Source: Octopus vulgaris (Eukaryota). Taken from it: a stretch of DNA of 64,000 bases. Below, piece after piece: positions 11,786 through 25,859 of the stretch. Position 1 is the stretch's first letter. Every line of letters starts with the position of its first letter. A program made the position numbers and the translations under genes. The notes under the pieces were generated by a model, which worked only from the letters and a program-made list of their open reading frames with translations, was not told where the DNA came from and did no database searches. The stretch lies in contig OX597831.1 of assembly GCA_951406725.2 (NCBI GenBank), positions 2,480,001-2,544,000 of the forward strand, written 5' to 3'.

Positions 11786-14003
11786 TGTCTCTTAAATATT
11801 TTCATAGTTTCCACTTTCCCCGTTATCTCTATCAATTATGGTAATTTCATTCCAATGTGGTGGTATACGATTTCTATTCTTGCACCATATACGTTCAAAT
11901 ATTCCTGACTTGGGTGTTGCTCCTCTCATTAAGGCCTACCAATCTTCTGCCATTCTGAACTTTATGGTCCCCTCTGTTTCTCCTTTGTAAGACCTTCAGC
12001 AAATGCTAATGCTTAGAACATGATAACTGCATTTATAACTTGCCATACATCAAACATAAAACAAAACGGAGTAGGAAACTTTCGGTTGATAATGCAATGA
12101 TCCAATGCAGGATTTCATCTCGCATGGAAAACCAAAAATGAAAATATAAATATAAAAAGGTAAAAGATTAATTGTGGAAGCAATATTAATAGCATAGCTC
12201 AAAGAAATATTTAATGTGCAGATAATGCACCCTACCTTACAAACAAACCCCACCACTCTTTGATTGTTGGAAAAAAAAATTTTGAAGCCATCAGTTAAAA
12301 GTTCAAACTTTGGGGATAATGACATCATTAACATATAACAGCAGTAACAAATGTCACCTATAACTTTGAAATTAAAAGACACTTCATCCAGAATTTTTGA
12401 AAACCGTTCTGCTCTCTAGAAATGTTTGATGAGTTTAGGAATGTTAATATTCGATTGAAACTTTAAAGAACCAATCAGGATATTTGAATAAAGATAAAAA
12501 GATAAAAACCTAAACAGCTGTGTTTTTAATAATACATTTTTAAATGAAAATCTGTTCCCTGTACACACACACACATGCACACACACACACACATGCATGT
12601 GCATGCGTGCGCACACGCACACACACATGCAGAAATATATATCTTTCTTTCTTCTTTCTTTCTTTTTTTACTTGTTTCAGTCATTTGACTGCGGCCGTGC
12701 TGGAGCACCGCCTTTAGTCAAGCAGATCGACCCCGGGACTTATTCTTTGTAAGCCCAGTACTTATTCTATCGGTCTCTTTTGCCGAACCGCTAAGTGACG
12801 GGGACATAAACACACCAGCATCGGTTGTCAAGCAATGCTAGGGGGACAAACACAGACACACAAACATATACACACACATACATATATATATATATACGAC
12901 GGGCTTCTTTCAGTTTCCGTCTACCAAATCCACTCATAAGGCATTGGTCGGCCCGGGGCTATAGCAGAAGACACTTGCCCAAGATGCCACACAGTGGGAC
13001 TGAACCCGGAACCATGTGGTTGGTAAGCAAGCTACTTACCACACAGCCACTCCTGCGCCTATGCAATTGTATATATATATTGTTGCCAGGGCCGCTGACT
13101 GGCTCCCATGCTGGTGGCACATAAAAAACACCATTCGAGCGTGATCATTACCAGTGTCGCCTTACTGGCACTTGTGCTGGTGGCACGTGAAAAACAACAT
13201 TTGAGCGACATTGTTGCCAATACCACTGGACTGGCTCCTGTGCAGGTCGTCAGTACCACCTGACTGGCCTTCGTGCCGGTGGCACGTAAAAGCACCCATT
13301 ACACTCTTGGAGTGGTTGGCTTTAGGAAGGGCATTCAGCTGTAGAAACTCTGCCAGATCAGACTGGAGCCTGGTGCAGCCATCTGGCTCACCAGTCCTCA
13401 GTCAAACCATCCAAACTATGCCAGCATGGAAAGCAGACATTAAACGATGATGATGATATATATCATCATCATCATCGTTTAACGTCCGTTCTCCATGCTA
13501 GCATGGGTTGGACGGTTTGACCGGGGATCTGGGAAGCCAGAAGGCTGCACCAGGCTCCAGTCTTATCTGGCAATGTTTCTACAGCTGGATGCCCTTCCTA
13601 ACGCCAACCACTCCGTGAGTATAGTGGGTTCTTTTTACGTGCCACCTGCACAAGTGCCAGGCGAGGCTGGCAATAGCCACGGTCGGATTGGTGCATTTTA
13701 CGTGCTATATTTGAAGTAAAATTGTGTATATTTCCTTTACGTCATGTATCAGAGGTTGGCACTTTCTATTTATTCTCTCACTGCATGGGTTTGATGTTAT
13801 ATCTCCAAATAATCCATAATTTATATGAACATTTGTTGAGCTCATTTGATAAGAAAAATCACTTTACTAAAACTAATTGTAATGTATCCTGTGCAGAATG
13901 TATGTACCTTTTTACTGAATATATAAGTATCACCACCACCACCACAGCCTTGGGCTGACCAGAGCCTTCTGAGTGATAGATGGAAACTGAAAGATGCCCA
14001 TCA

Positions 14004-14048
<45 letters not shown>

Positions 14049-14334
14049 GTCTGCCTGCCTGCCTGCCTGCCTGTCTGTTTGTTTGTCTGTCTGTCTGTCT
14101 GTCTATCTCTCTATCTGTGTGTGTGTATCTTTGTGTCTGTGTTTTCCCCCTCCCCCACTTCAACCACTTGACAACCGTTGTTGCTGTGTTTATGTCCCTA
14201 TAACTTAGCAGTTCAACAAAAGAGATCAATAGAATAAGTAACATACTTAAAAAAAAAAGTACTGGGACTGATTCATTCAACTAAAAATGGCCCCAGTCTA
14301 ATGACTAAAACAGTAAAAGATAAAAGACGTCACC

Positions 14335-14412
14335 ACTCCCATGATGATGACGATGATGACGATGATGATGACGATGATGATGACGATGATGATGATGATG
14401 ATAATGATGATG

Positions 14413-14466
<54 letters not shown>

Positions 14467-14660
14467 CTATAAATATATAAATGACATTCAGAAACTCCCA
14501 TGATGATGATTAGGAGGAGGATGATAATGGTGATGACAACAATGATGATGATGACGGCGATGATGATGATGTTGGCAATGACGATGACAATGATAACACT
14601 ATAAATGACATTCAGAAAAATCATATAAATCACAATTCTCTTGATGACGATGATTATAAA

Positions 14661-14693
<33 letters not shown>

Positions 14694-14799
14694 AACGATG
14701 ATGATCACAATGGCAGTGATGATGATGATGATGATGAAGATGATATTGATGGCAATGATTCACTATAAATGACATTTGGAAATGTACATCACAACTTCT

Positions 14800-14831
<32 letters not shown>

Positions 14832-15035
14832 ATTGAGGAGGAGGAGGAGGAGAAGGAGGAGGAGGAAGACAGCAATGATGATGATGGCCAACAATGAGGA
14901 AAACAACAGAGACAATGACAATGATGATGATGATAATATTGATGATGATGATGATGATGATGGTGATGAACATGATGCTGATGATGATGATTACATCATA
15001 AATGACATTGGGAAAGTCATGTACATCACAACCCT
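14335..15035. repeat. (GAT)n/(ATT)n/(GGA)n trinucleotide arrays punctuated by a recurring ATAAATGACATT motif
   Basis: Direct inspection; motif near 14477, 14602, 14765 and 14998. Confidence 0.9.
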
Positions 15036-15831
15036 TTCTCATTTCTTTATTGCCCACAAGGGGCTAAACATAGAGGGGACAAACAAGGACAGACAAAGGA
15101 ATTAACGTAAAGTCGACCTCGGCGGAATTTGAACTCAGAACGTAATGACAGACGAAATACTGCTAAGCACTTCGCACAGTGTGTTAACATTTCTTATTTC
15201 TTCATTGCCCACAAGGGGCTAAACAAGGACAGACAAAGGAATTAAGTCGATTACATCGACTCCAGTGCGTAACTGGTACTTAATTTATCGACCCCGAAAG
15301 GATGAAACGTAAAGTCGACCTCGGCGGAATTTGAACTCAGAACGTAACGACAGACGAAATACTGCTAAGCATTTTGCCTGGTGTGTTGACGTTTCTACCA
15401 GTTTGCCGCCTTACATCAGAACCGTTTCTGCCAAAGATGTAAGCTCCTTGTCATCAATCAAAGGATGCCAATATTCCATGTAACATTCATGATCAAAAAA
15501 TAAAGGCAAAAAGAAAATAGAAAAACCCCTGTTTTCCCACCACTAAAACAAACTTTTCCCTTTGGTCTGCTTCAAAGACTTTAAAGATTTGCTGATTTGC
15601 TGTGTTTTTCTCCATAAATTCCAACCGTATTTCATATGGAATGAACCAAGTTCCACATTCTATGTTGCTAATTACTGCAATTCAGAAGAAGCAATGAGAA
15701 TAATCAATAGAACTGACAATTTCTGCTACACAAGGCCAAGCTCTGCCGTGGTTCTGTGAATTCCAGTCATTTGTTATCATGACTGTTAACATAATGGTTA
15801 TTTCTGCTTGTGAAATATACTGGGTAGTGGT

Positions 15832-15832
<1 letters not shown>

Positions 15833-15891
<59 letters not shown>

Positions 15892-16645
15892 TGTGTGAGT
15901 GTGTTTGTGTGTGTGTATGAGTGTGTGTGTATGCATGTGTGAATGTCTGTGTGCATGCATGTGTGAGTATGTGAGTGTGAGTGTGTGTATATGTGTGTGT
16001 GTGCATGCATGTGTGTGTATGAGTGTGTGTATGTGTGAGTGTGTGAGTGTGTGTGTGTGTGTTTGTGTGTGTGAATGTCTGTGTGTGCATGCATGTGTGA
16101 ATGTCTGTGTGTGCATGCATGTGCGAGTATGTGAGTGTGAGTGTGTGTATATGTGTGTGTGTGCATGTGTGTGTATGAGTGTGTGTATGTGTGTGTGTGA
16201 GTGTGTGTGTATGTGTGTGTGAGTGTGTGTGTATGTGTGTGTGCATGCATGTGTGTGTATGAGTGTGTATGTGTGCGTGAGTGTGTGTGTGTGAGTGTAT
16301 GTGCTTGTGTGTGTGCATGTATGTGTGTGGATGCATATGTGAGTGTGTGTCTTTTGAGTGTGTGTGCGTGTATGCATGTGTATGTGCTTGTGTGTGTGTG
16401 CATGTATGTGTATATGTGTGTGCATACATGTGTGTGTGTGCACATCTGTCTCTGTGTGTGCACACATGCACGTCTGTCTGTCTGTGTGCATGCACGTGTG
16501 TGTGCATGTGTGTGTGTGTGCATGCACGTGTGTGTGTGTGCATACATGTGTGTGTGTACACATGCACATCTGTCTGTATGTGAGCATGGACGTGTGTGTG
16601 TGCATGCATGTGTGTGTGTGTGCATGCATGTGTCCGTGTGTGTGT
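15833..16645. repeat. Degenerate (GT)n/GCAT microsatellite
   Basis: Direct inspection. Confidence 0.95.
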
Positions 16646-17036
16646 AAAAACAAATTACATTTTAAGGTGAAATTACAGCTTAAAATAAAATTTGTTGCTT
16701 ATTCTTAATTACTTGAATTGAGTTCTGTACAACAACTCCAGATTGCTTTACACTGTTGTGTTTCTACTCTCAATGTGTATACATGTGTTTGTGTGTATAT
16801 ATGTATGTATATATATATATATCTTTCTCTTTCTCTCTTTTACTTGTTTCAGTCATTTGACTGCACCCATGCTGGAGCACCGCCTTTTAGTCGAGCAAAT
16901 CGACCCCGGAACTTATTCTTTGTAAGCCCAGTACTTATTCTATCGGTCTCTTTTGCCGAACCGCTAAGTGACGGGGACGTAAACACACCAGCATCGGTTG
17001 TCAAGCAATGCTAGGGGGACAAACACAGACACACAA

Positions 17037-17067
<31 letters not shown>

Positions 17068-17589
17068 CATATATACGACGGGCTTCTTTCAGTTTCCGTC
17101 TACCAAATCCACTCACAAGGCATTGGTCGGCCCGGGGCTATAGCAGAAGACACTTGCCCAAGATGCCACGCAGTGGGACTGAACCCGGAACCATATGGTT
17201 GGTTAGCAAGCTACTTACCACACAGCCACTCCTATAGTCGAAAGACTCTTTGTTTGTTATTTCCTTGTGTTTGTATATGTACATTCGTTTGCAGGATCTT
17301 TTCGGTTTGAACGGCAGTTTTTAACATAATTTCTAGGTAACTAAAAAATTTTAAGCTTCGTATACTGGTAGAATGTGTTTATAAAACATCTTTTTCTCTT
17401 GGCTTTATTGAGAAAATTCTATAGTTTGTAAGATATTTGGTCTTTAATTTCTTGCATTTCGGCAATTTCAACCAATCAGTGACTGTCTATTGAGGTGAAA
17501 ACATTCTGTGCCGTATGAATATATCCCTCGTTTAAGAAACAGATTGGGTTTATTTACATTTGTGAAGAAAAAAAAAATACCCTTCCCCC

Positions 17590-17625
17590 ACCCCTGACCC
17601 TAACCCTAACCCTAACTAACCCTAA
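17590..17625 (+). repeat. Short interstitial telomere-type (CCCTAA)n tract inside an unclassified repeat (17237-17707)
   Basis: ccctgaccctaaccctaaccctaactaaccctaaatc. Confidence 0.7.
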
Positions 17626-18139
17626 ATCTAAAATAAATTGAAATGCAATAGATCGATTCTAGGGTCATAATTATGGGTGACAATTTCATATGACACCACT
17701 AGATAAAACGTGTGTGTGTGTGTGTATGTTTGTCCCCCCAACATCGCTTGACAACCGATGCTGGTGTGTTTACATCCCCATAACTTAGCGGTTCAGCAAA
17801 AGAGACTGATAGAATAAATACAAGGCTTACAGAGAAGAAGTCCCGGGGTCGATTTGCTCGACCAAAGGCGGTGCTCCAGCATGGCCACAGTCAAATGACT
17901 GGAACAAGTAAAAGAGTAAAAGAGATCTCGTAGCTTTCATATTTTGATGATGTGATCGTTTTATTTTAGAATTATGTTTTAGGGTAGATGTGAGATGCCA
18001 GATCTAACCCCAGTTTGAACATAAGACAGGGAGAATATTTGAGCTGGATACGGCCAGTTTAAGTTCTAAAGGGTTAACTCAGGTATTGGCAACCTTTTTC
18101 AAGAAGTAGGCCAAATTGGATGTGACTCATCATCAGGTG

Positions 18140-18527
18140 TGATGGAAGCACTCCATCGGTTACGATGACGAGGGTTCTGGTTGATCCGAATCAACGGAAC
18201 AGCCTGCTCATGAAATTAACGTGTAAGTGGCTGAGCACTCCACAGACATGTGTACTCTTAACGTAGTTCTCGGGGATATTCAGCGTGACACAGAGAGTGA
18301 CAAAGCCGGCCCTTTGAAATACAGGTACAACAGAAACAGGAAGAAAGAGTGAGAGAAAGTTGTGGTGAAAGAGTACAGCAGGGATCACCACCATCCCCTG
18401 CCGGAGCCTCGTGGAGCTTTAGGTGTTTTCGCTCAATAAACACTCACAATGCCCGGTCTGGGAATCGAAACCGCGATCCTATGACCGTGAGTCCACTGCC
18501 CTAACCACTGGGCCATTGCGCCTCCCC
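18140..18527 (-). mobile_element. tRNA-derived SINE, family D. Related heads near 41085-41445, 30300-30435 and 63390-63660
   Basis: Minus-strand head GGAGGCGCAATGGCCCAGTGGTTAGGGCAG...GGTTTCGATTCC; flanked by a catcaggtgt direct repeat. Confidence 0.75.
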
Positions 18528-18621
18528 GGTCATCAGGTGTACTGCTCTGCTAAAAAAAAATTGGAAGGTAATGTTTTGTTAGAATGTTCTGAAGGCCACA
18601 TACTGCTTGTGACTGCTTTAA

Positions 18622-19399
18622 CTTGGGGGTTGTTAACCGTTTTTTAGCTATGGACCCCTTTTGATTACTATTTCATTCTGGTGGACCCCCATGGCCCTTT
18701 GATGTTTAAAAACTAGTTTTATAGAATCTTCTTTCAAAATTCCTATTTTGTTTTCCACACATTAATTTGTGTAGGTTGAACTTATATTCTTTACTCTTTT
18801 ACTTATTTCAGTCATTTGACTGTGGCCATGCTGGAGCACCACCTTTAGTTGAGCAAATCAACCCCAGGACTTATTTTTTGTAAGCCTAGTACTTATTCTA
18901 TTGGTCTCTTTTGCCAAAACATTAAGTTATGGAAACATAAACACACCAGCATCGGTTGTCAAGCGATGTTGGGGGGACAAATACAGACACACAAACATAT
19001 ATACACACACACATGCATATATATATATACATATATACGATGGGCTTCTTTCAGTTTCTGTCTACGAAATCCACTCACAAGGCTTTGGTCGGCCCGAGGC
19101 TATAGTAGAAGACACTTGGCTGAGGTGCCACGCAGTGGGACTGAACCCGGAACCATGTGGTTGGTTAGCAAGCTACTTACCACTCAGCCATTTTACACAC
19201 TTACCATATGTAAAATGTTAAAGGAAGAAGCCTAGCTGTTTCTCGCAATACATACCAAGACATACATCTAAAGCAAAATTTTTTCAGGGGCTCTTAGAAT
19301 ATTATTGTGGATCTCCAGTTTACTATTTTGTTGTGTTGGCCCCCGCAAAATCTTATATGGACCCTCAGGGGCCATTTGGGCCCTAGTTGAGAACCACTG
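18622..19399. mobile_element. hAT (Charlie-like) non-autonomous element with nested SINE
   Basis: Right end GTTGAGAACCACTG (reverse of CAGTGGTTCTCAAC), degenerate left end, internal GGACCCC subterminal repeats. Confidence 0.55.
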
Positions 19400-21006
19400 T
19401 TTTAACTGTCCATTTGAGGACCTTTTTCAAAAAGCAGAGATATATCCCTATTCTTCTTGCCTGTTTTTGTATAAATTCCTGAATAATGTGAGAAAATTTT
19501 ATTTTGTAAGGGTGTGGTAAGTAGCTTGATTACCAACCACATGGTTCCGGGGTCAGTCCCACTGCGTGGCACCTTGGACAAGTGTCTTCTACTATAGCCT
19601 CGGGCCGACCAAAGCCTTGTGAGTGGATTTGGTAGATGGAAACTGAAAGAAGCCCGTTGTATATATGTATATATATATATGTGTTTGTGTGTCTGTGTTT
19701 GTCCCCCTAGTATTGCTTGACAACCGATGCTGGTGTGTTTATGTCCCCGTAACTTAGCGGTTCGGCAAAAGAGACCGATAGAATAAGTACTGGGCTTACA
19801 GAGAATAAGTCCCGGGTCGAGTTGCTCGATTAAAGGTGGTGCTCCAGCATGGCTGCAGTCAAATGACTGAAACAAGTAAAAGAGTAAAAGAGTAAAGCTG
19901 TTCAAGACTCGCAATGATTTGCTGTTCTTGAAAAGACACATCAAGCTAAGTAAAAGAATGGCTGTCCTTGCATACAGGCTCACCACCTGCAACCTTCTCC
20001 AGCTAAGCATCCTTAACCTTGAGGGCTCATATGTGCTGGTGCCACATAAAAACCACCCATACCAGTGCTGTGTAAAAGTGCCCAGTACACTCTGTAAAGT
20101 GGTTGGCATTAGGATGGGCATCCAGCCATAGAAACCATGTCAAAATAGACAGGGGGCCTGAACAGGTCTTCAGCTGGTCAGCTCTTGTCAAACTATCCAA
20201 CCCATACCAGCATGGGAAACAGACGTTAAATGATGATGTGTGTGTGTGTGTGTGTGCTGTTGCCATTGTTGCTGTTGCTGCTGCTGTTGTTGTTGTTTTT
20301 GCAGATGATGTTGTTACCAAAATTGTTATTATTATTGCTAGTATCATTTAACATGTTAATACCTATTTCTTTATTACCCACAAGGGGCTAAACACAGAGG
20401 GGACAAACAAGGACAGACATAGGTATTAAGTTGATTACATCGACCCCAGTGCGTAACTGGTACTTAATTTATCGACCCCGAAAGGATGAAAGGCAAAGTC
20501 AACCTCGGCGGAATTTGAACTCACAACGTAACGCAGATGAAATACCGCTAAGCATTTCGCCCGGTGTGCTAACATTTCTGCCAGCTCGCCGCCTTTTAAC
20601 ATATTAATACCATTGTTCAACTGAAATCTCATTAATATTTTTCTTTTAAAAAGCATGTATCGTGCAAAATAATCTTTTTTTTTTTTTTTTTCAATGTAGT
20701 TGTCTTCATTCTCGAAATGACCATTTTGAGCAATTGTAAAAATATATAAATAAATAAAATAAACTGTTTAAAAAAAATGTCGTAGTTTCCTCCAAGCAGG
20801 GATATAAAAAAAAACCCCAAAAAAAAAACTAAACACGAAAATATACTTCTCACCTTCGTATAGGCCAGATCTACAACATACATTAAAAGAATAATCATTC
20901 AGTGGTCAGAAAATAAAAATCAGCAAATTGTAACTTCAAAGTGGAACAATGTGTAAACATGTTTTGCCAGGCAAGATTCAATAATAATAATAATAATAAT
21001 AATAAT

Positions 21007-21466
21007 CACCGGATATTATTATAAAAGATCAGACAAAAAGGATGTGTTTATTAATTGACATGAGTATATAGCGGCGAAAGAATTTGACAAGATTTGACAA
21101 GATCAGTAAATATAAAGACTTGCTAATAGAAATTGAAAAAATGTGGCATCTCAAGGCGACTACAAGTACCAGTGATTGTAGGTTCTCTAAGAATGATAAA
21201 AAAAAAAGGTACTGAAACCTATTTGAAAATGATACCAGGAAGTGCAAAATCGTGTTAACTCTAACGATTCATGTACTGAGAAGAGCATTATCGCTGTGAA
21301 AACAACATCCATTCATGAATTTATTTATTTATTAATTTTTAAAATACATATTTTTACCTGAGAATTTGCGTGTGTAATCTGGGAATGCATACAATGAGCT
21401 TCTCTGTCCTAGGTGTACAGAAAACACTCGGCGAGAAATGGAAGAAAATTTGAAGAAAGAAGGAAA

Positions 21467-21495
<29 letters not shown>
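21007..21495 (+). mobile_element. 3' fragment of an R4/Dong-like non-LTR retrotransposon (restriction-like endonuclease) within (TAA)n
   Basis: Translates as PDIIIKDQTKRMCLLIDMSI..KISKYKDLLIEIEKMWHLK..PVIVGSL..HVLRRALSL*, a PD-(D/E)xK REL domain; bounded by (TAA)n arrays. Confidence 0.75.
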
Positions 21496-21497
<2 letters not shown>

Positions 21498-22131
21498 GCC
21501 CTGATGCAGTACCAGACAGTGGCTCTCATGGCTTCTGATCTTAACTGATTGGAAGTGTTATCATGTACATTGTTTTGTCTTGGTATAAAAGATGGGCTAC
21601 TGCAAATATTCTGCTCAATACCACAGATTTGCTTGTCAGCTGTTTGACCTTAACTAGTTGAGCATGTCCCTTAGTGGCCGACAATATGTGTATCTCTGAC
21701 CACGAGCAGAAGTAGTCGGGGAGCATCATAGCTGTGTGTTGAAAGGAATTCTTGGAGGTTTGGATAATTCACCTTTGGAAACATGGGTGGTTCATTCAAC
21801 ATCCTTAAACAATCCTTATTCAGGGACCTTTTGAGCGGGATGGGCTACTCAACCAGAAGAAAATTCTAACTGGGCCCCACCTGCAAGGTCATGTGCTCTT
21901 TATCTTGATATGAGATCACCATGTCACGTACATATGGTTGTGATGCATATGCCTGGTGTACCCTTATCAGACGGATAGTCATGATGGGTATACTGGGCTT
22001 CGTATATTTTACCCCAGTGTCACTTTGATGGCATGCACTGCTCTCTCACTCAATAATAATAATATGATGATAATAATAAGTCTCAAGAATGTCCTTGCTT
22101 TCTTCCTTAGTCCATTTTTTCCTTGCTTTAG

Positions 22132-22238
22132 CTGTTCCAGATAAAGGTGGTGTGCACGAAGCATTATTATTTGGAGCTACAACAAAATGTTTTCCTGGGT
22201 GCTGTCCACATCCTAAGCAAAAAAGATTGTCAACTTGA
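22132..22238 (+). CDS. Candidate terminal exon: AVPDKGGVHEALLFGATTKCFPGCCPHPKQKRLST*
   Basis: Long polypyrimidine tract (22092-22129) plus ttAG, phase 1, 35 codons, followed by AT-rich UTR-like sequence with AATAAA at 22345-22350. Confidence 0.45.
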
Positions 22239-25102
22239 AAATAACCGATTCTCTTGAAAAAAAAAAACTCTTTCAAAACTGAAATATTACAAATTCAGCA
22301 GAATCTTAATTTCTCTCCCCTACAATATATCATTGCTGATCATAAATAAAACTCATAGTAAAACATCCAACTTGTTACTTGAGGCCTCCGGTCGAGACTT
22401 TGAACAGCTAGTATAAAACAAAGCAACAATAACAACAATGATGACAACAATAAGAGCGGCGGCGGCGGCGGCGACGACGACGACGACGACAACGACCATC
22501 ATCATCATTATTATTATTATTATTATTATTAATTCTGAATTTTGTAAGTTAACCTATTTTTATTCTTCTTTCTTCAAGTTAAATCTCCATAAACATTGAT
22601 AACAAAGTGGGAAGAGCGTTTTGGAAATAAGATGAAAACTGCTGACTTTGTTGTCAGATTATCATAATAAAATTTATTTCTTGTCATTCTGGCAAAAAAA
22701 CACACAACAAACTCGTTTATTTCTTTTTTTTTTTTTAAAAATATTTTTTTTAGGTTTTTTTTTTTTTAACCTTTTGAAATTATTTTCAACTTTATTCTTT
22801 GGGGAAATTATAAAACTTTAAAAAAAAAAGACTCAATTAAACAAAATAGTCTTTTGTAAACTTTTCGTTATACATACATACACACAAACATACAAGCATG
22901 CATGCACACCTACAAACACACACACAAACAAAAATTCACACATATACATACAAGTACACACACACACATCTTGTCCAAACATTTCTATCAACAGATCTTA
23001 CAGAATTTACCACACATTTTTTGGTTTTAGATTTTAAACGCTCTTTAAGGGAGTTCTTGTCTACTAATCATGTGGATAATCACAGTTAAGGCAGTGAGCT
23101 GGCAGAATCATAAGCATAACAGGCAAAATACTAAGTGGCATTTCGTCCATTTTTACATTCTGAGTTCAAATTCCGCCATGGTCGACTTTATCTCTCAACT
23201 TTCCAGGGTCATTGAAAAAAGTACCAGTTGAGTGCTGGGAGTCGATGTAATGGACTATCCCACTCCCCACAAATTTCAGGCCTTGTGCCTATAGTAGAAA
23301 GGATTATATTACGTACTTGTATTTGTTTCAGTCATTTGACTGCGGCCTTGCTGGAGCACTGCTTTTAGTTGAAGAAATCGACCCCCAGGACATATTCTTT
23401 GTAAGCCTAGTACTTATTCTATTGGTCTCTTTTGACGATAGGCTTCTTTCAGTTTCCGTCTACCAAATCCACTCACAAGGATTTAGTCAGACAAAGGCTA
23501 TAGCAGAAGACACTTACCCAAGGTGCCACGCAGTGGGACTGAACCCGGAACCATGTGGTTGGTAAGCAAGCTTCTTACCACACATAAGATCCAACCATAT
23601 TTGTGTGTGCATGCAAGCACACACATGTGTAAATCGCATGTGTCGTGTGCGTGCATGCATGCTCACTCTTATGCAGTTGTTGCTAATAAATTCATGCATT
23701 CCCCAGTAAATTTATTATGAAACTTAAAGTACAACTGAAAGGTTAATGAAATGTGGAAGTCAATTGCAATCATCTCTGGAAACAAAATTTAGGTCACAGA
23801 ATAATTTGGATTTTCAAATACTTAATCTAAAAAAAATACCAGTCATTAAAACAAAACCAATAAATATTACTAGATTTGCATTTTTTTTATTTTACTCAGA
23901 CTGACTGACAAACATGAGACAGCATTGGACAAAATTCCTTACAATATTTGTTTTGATTCTTTATGTTTCGAGTTCAAACGCAACCAAGGTAAATTTTGTC
24001 TTTTATCCTTATGGATCAATAAAATAATGTACTAGTCAATTACTGAAGCTGATTTGATTGACTGATCCACCCCACCCTCACCCCCACCAGTTTTCTGACA
24101 TTGTCTATTTTATAAACATCATCATCATCATCGTTTAACGTCCGTTCTCCATGCTAGCATGGGTTGGACGGTTTGACCGGGGATCTGGGAAGCCAGAAGG
24201 CTGCACCAGGCTCCAGTCTGATCTGGCAGTGTTTCTACAGCTGGATGCCCTTCCTAACACCAACATTTATTAGGAAATGAAAGACTGGGAGAATCGGTAG
24301 AGCGTTGGATGAAAATATATTTCAGTATTTCTTTACTTTATATACTTACTTGTTTCAGTCATTTGACTGTGGCCATGCTGGAGCACCACCTTTAGTCGAA
24401 TCAAATTGACTCCAGGACTAATTCTTTTTGAGCCTAGTACTTATTGTATCAGTATCTTTTGCCGAACCGTTAAGTTACGGGGACCTAAACACACCAGCAT
24501 CGGTTGTCAAGCAATGCTAGGGGGACAAACACAGACACACAAACACACATATATATACATATATACAATGGGCTTTTTTCAGTTTCTGTCTACCAAATCC
24601 ACTCACAAAGTTTTGGTTGGCCTGAGTCTATAGTAGAAGACACTAGCCCAAGGTGCCACGCAGTGGGACTGAACCCGGAACCATGTGGTTGGTAAGCAAG
24701 CTACTTACCACACTGCCACTCCTGTGCCTATATGTTCACATAAATGTTGCAATGCATGGTAAATCATCAGAATTTATGAATATTAAAATCCTAATGAAGC
24801 ATTATGAGACCAACAAAACAAATAAAAAAAATAAACAGAATGCCCCTAGCCTGTGTTGAATTTATTTATAAAGTGAATTCTTACAAAGTGAACTGAATTC
24901 AACAGCTTCAAATGATTAAGTATTACAAAAAAATAGGCATGGCTATGTGGCAAGAAGCTTGCTTCCCAACCACATGGTTCTGGGTTCAGTCCAACTGTAT
25001 GGCACCTTGGGCAAATGTCTTCCACTATAGTCTTGGGCTGACCAAAGCCTTGTGAATGGATTTAATAGATGGAAACTGAAAGAAGCCTATTGTATATGTA
25101 CA

Positions 25103-25512
25103 TAGGCGCAGGAGTGGCTGTGTGGTAAGTGGCTGGTTTACCAACCACATGGTTCCGGGTTCAGTCCCACTGCGTGGCACCTTGGGCAAGTGTCTTCTAC
25201 TATAGCCTCGGGCCGACCAAAGCCTTGTGAGTGGATTTGGTAGACGGAAACTGAAAGAAGCCCATCGTATATATGTATATATATATTTGCGTGTGCGTGC
25301 GTTTGTGTGTCTGTGTTTGTCCCCCCAACATCGCTTGACAACCGATGCTGGTGTGTTTATGTCCCCGTTACTTAGCGGTTCGGTAAAAGAGACCGATAGA
25401 ATAAGTACTGGGCTTACAAAAGAATAAGACCCAGGGTCGAGTTCCTCGATTAAAGGTGGTGCTCCAGCATGGCCGCAGTCAAATGACTGAAACAAGTAAA
25501 AGAGTAAAAGAG
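25103..25512 (+). mobile_element. tRNA-derived SINE, family A (full-length example). Other copies near 1733-2588, 3855-4250, 7311-7645, 7916-9615, 12665-13060, 16835-17235, 18788-19190, 19512-19895, 23315-23585, 24345-24730, 28381-28760, 34676-34920, 40577-40800, 53867-55006, 55610-55825, 56750-57100
   Basis: Head AGGCGCAGGAGTGGCTGTGTGGTAAG...GGTTCAGTCCC (A/B boxes), CORE-like CCTTGGGCAAGTG segment, central (AT/GT)n tract, GTAAAAGA-repeat tail. More than 20 copies in both orientations. Confidence 0.88.
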
Positions 25513-25824
25513 AATATATATCTATGTGTGTGTGTCTGGGTTTGTTCCACCACCATTGCTTGACAACTGGTATTGGTATATTCCTATCCCGTAACTTAGC
25601 AGTTCAGCAAAAGGTTTTTAAAAAATGTGAAAAAGAAGTCCTGGGCTTACTTCATTCAACTAAGAATTCAAGGCGGTGTTCCAGCATGGCCACAGTCTAA
25701 TGACTGAAACAAGTAAATATATATATATATGTATGTATGGATACGTATATATATATATATATTCAAAATGTGACCGCATGTGTACCGTTGGGAATTTTTT
25801 TTCCTCTGTCTTCCCTTCTTCTAT

Positions 25825-25859
25825 GTTTCCGACGAAGAGCTCCACTCGAAACGTTAAAC
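25825..25859 (+). ncRNA. Minimal Penelope-type hammerhead motif with U4>C change
   Basis: gttt-CCGACGA-a-GAG-ctcca-CTC-GAAAC-GTT-aaac. Stem I gttt/aaac, palindromic AACGTT in place of stem III; inside a ~190-bp insert bounded by (AT)n. Confidence 0.5.

Noticed and set aside
12130-12430. Possible Penelope RT thumb remnant
   Set aside because: Similarity too weak to support by eye.
13080-13310. GTGGCACGTAAAAAGCACC repeats with variable spacers, superficially CRISPR-like (also 29280-29500, 57900-58110)
   Set aside because: Internal tandem repeats of a dispersed eukaryotic retroposon; spacers resemble each other and there are no cas genes.
9958-16708. Many His/Thr-, Cys/Val-, poly-Ile and poly-Asp ORFs
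   Set aside because: Translations of di-, tri- and tetranucleotide microsatellites.
25103-25175. tRNA gene calls at SINE heads
   Set aside because: A/B boxes are present but they continue into SINE bodies and lack a proper cloverleaf.
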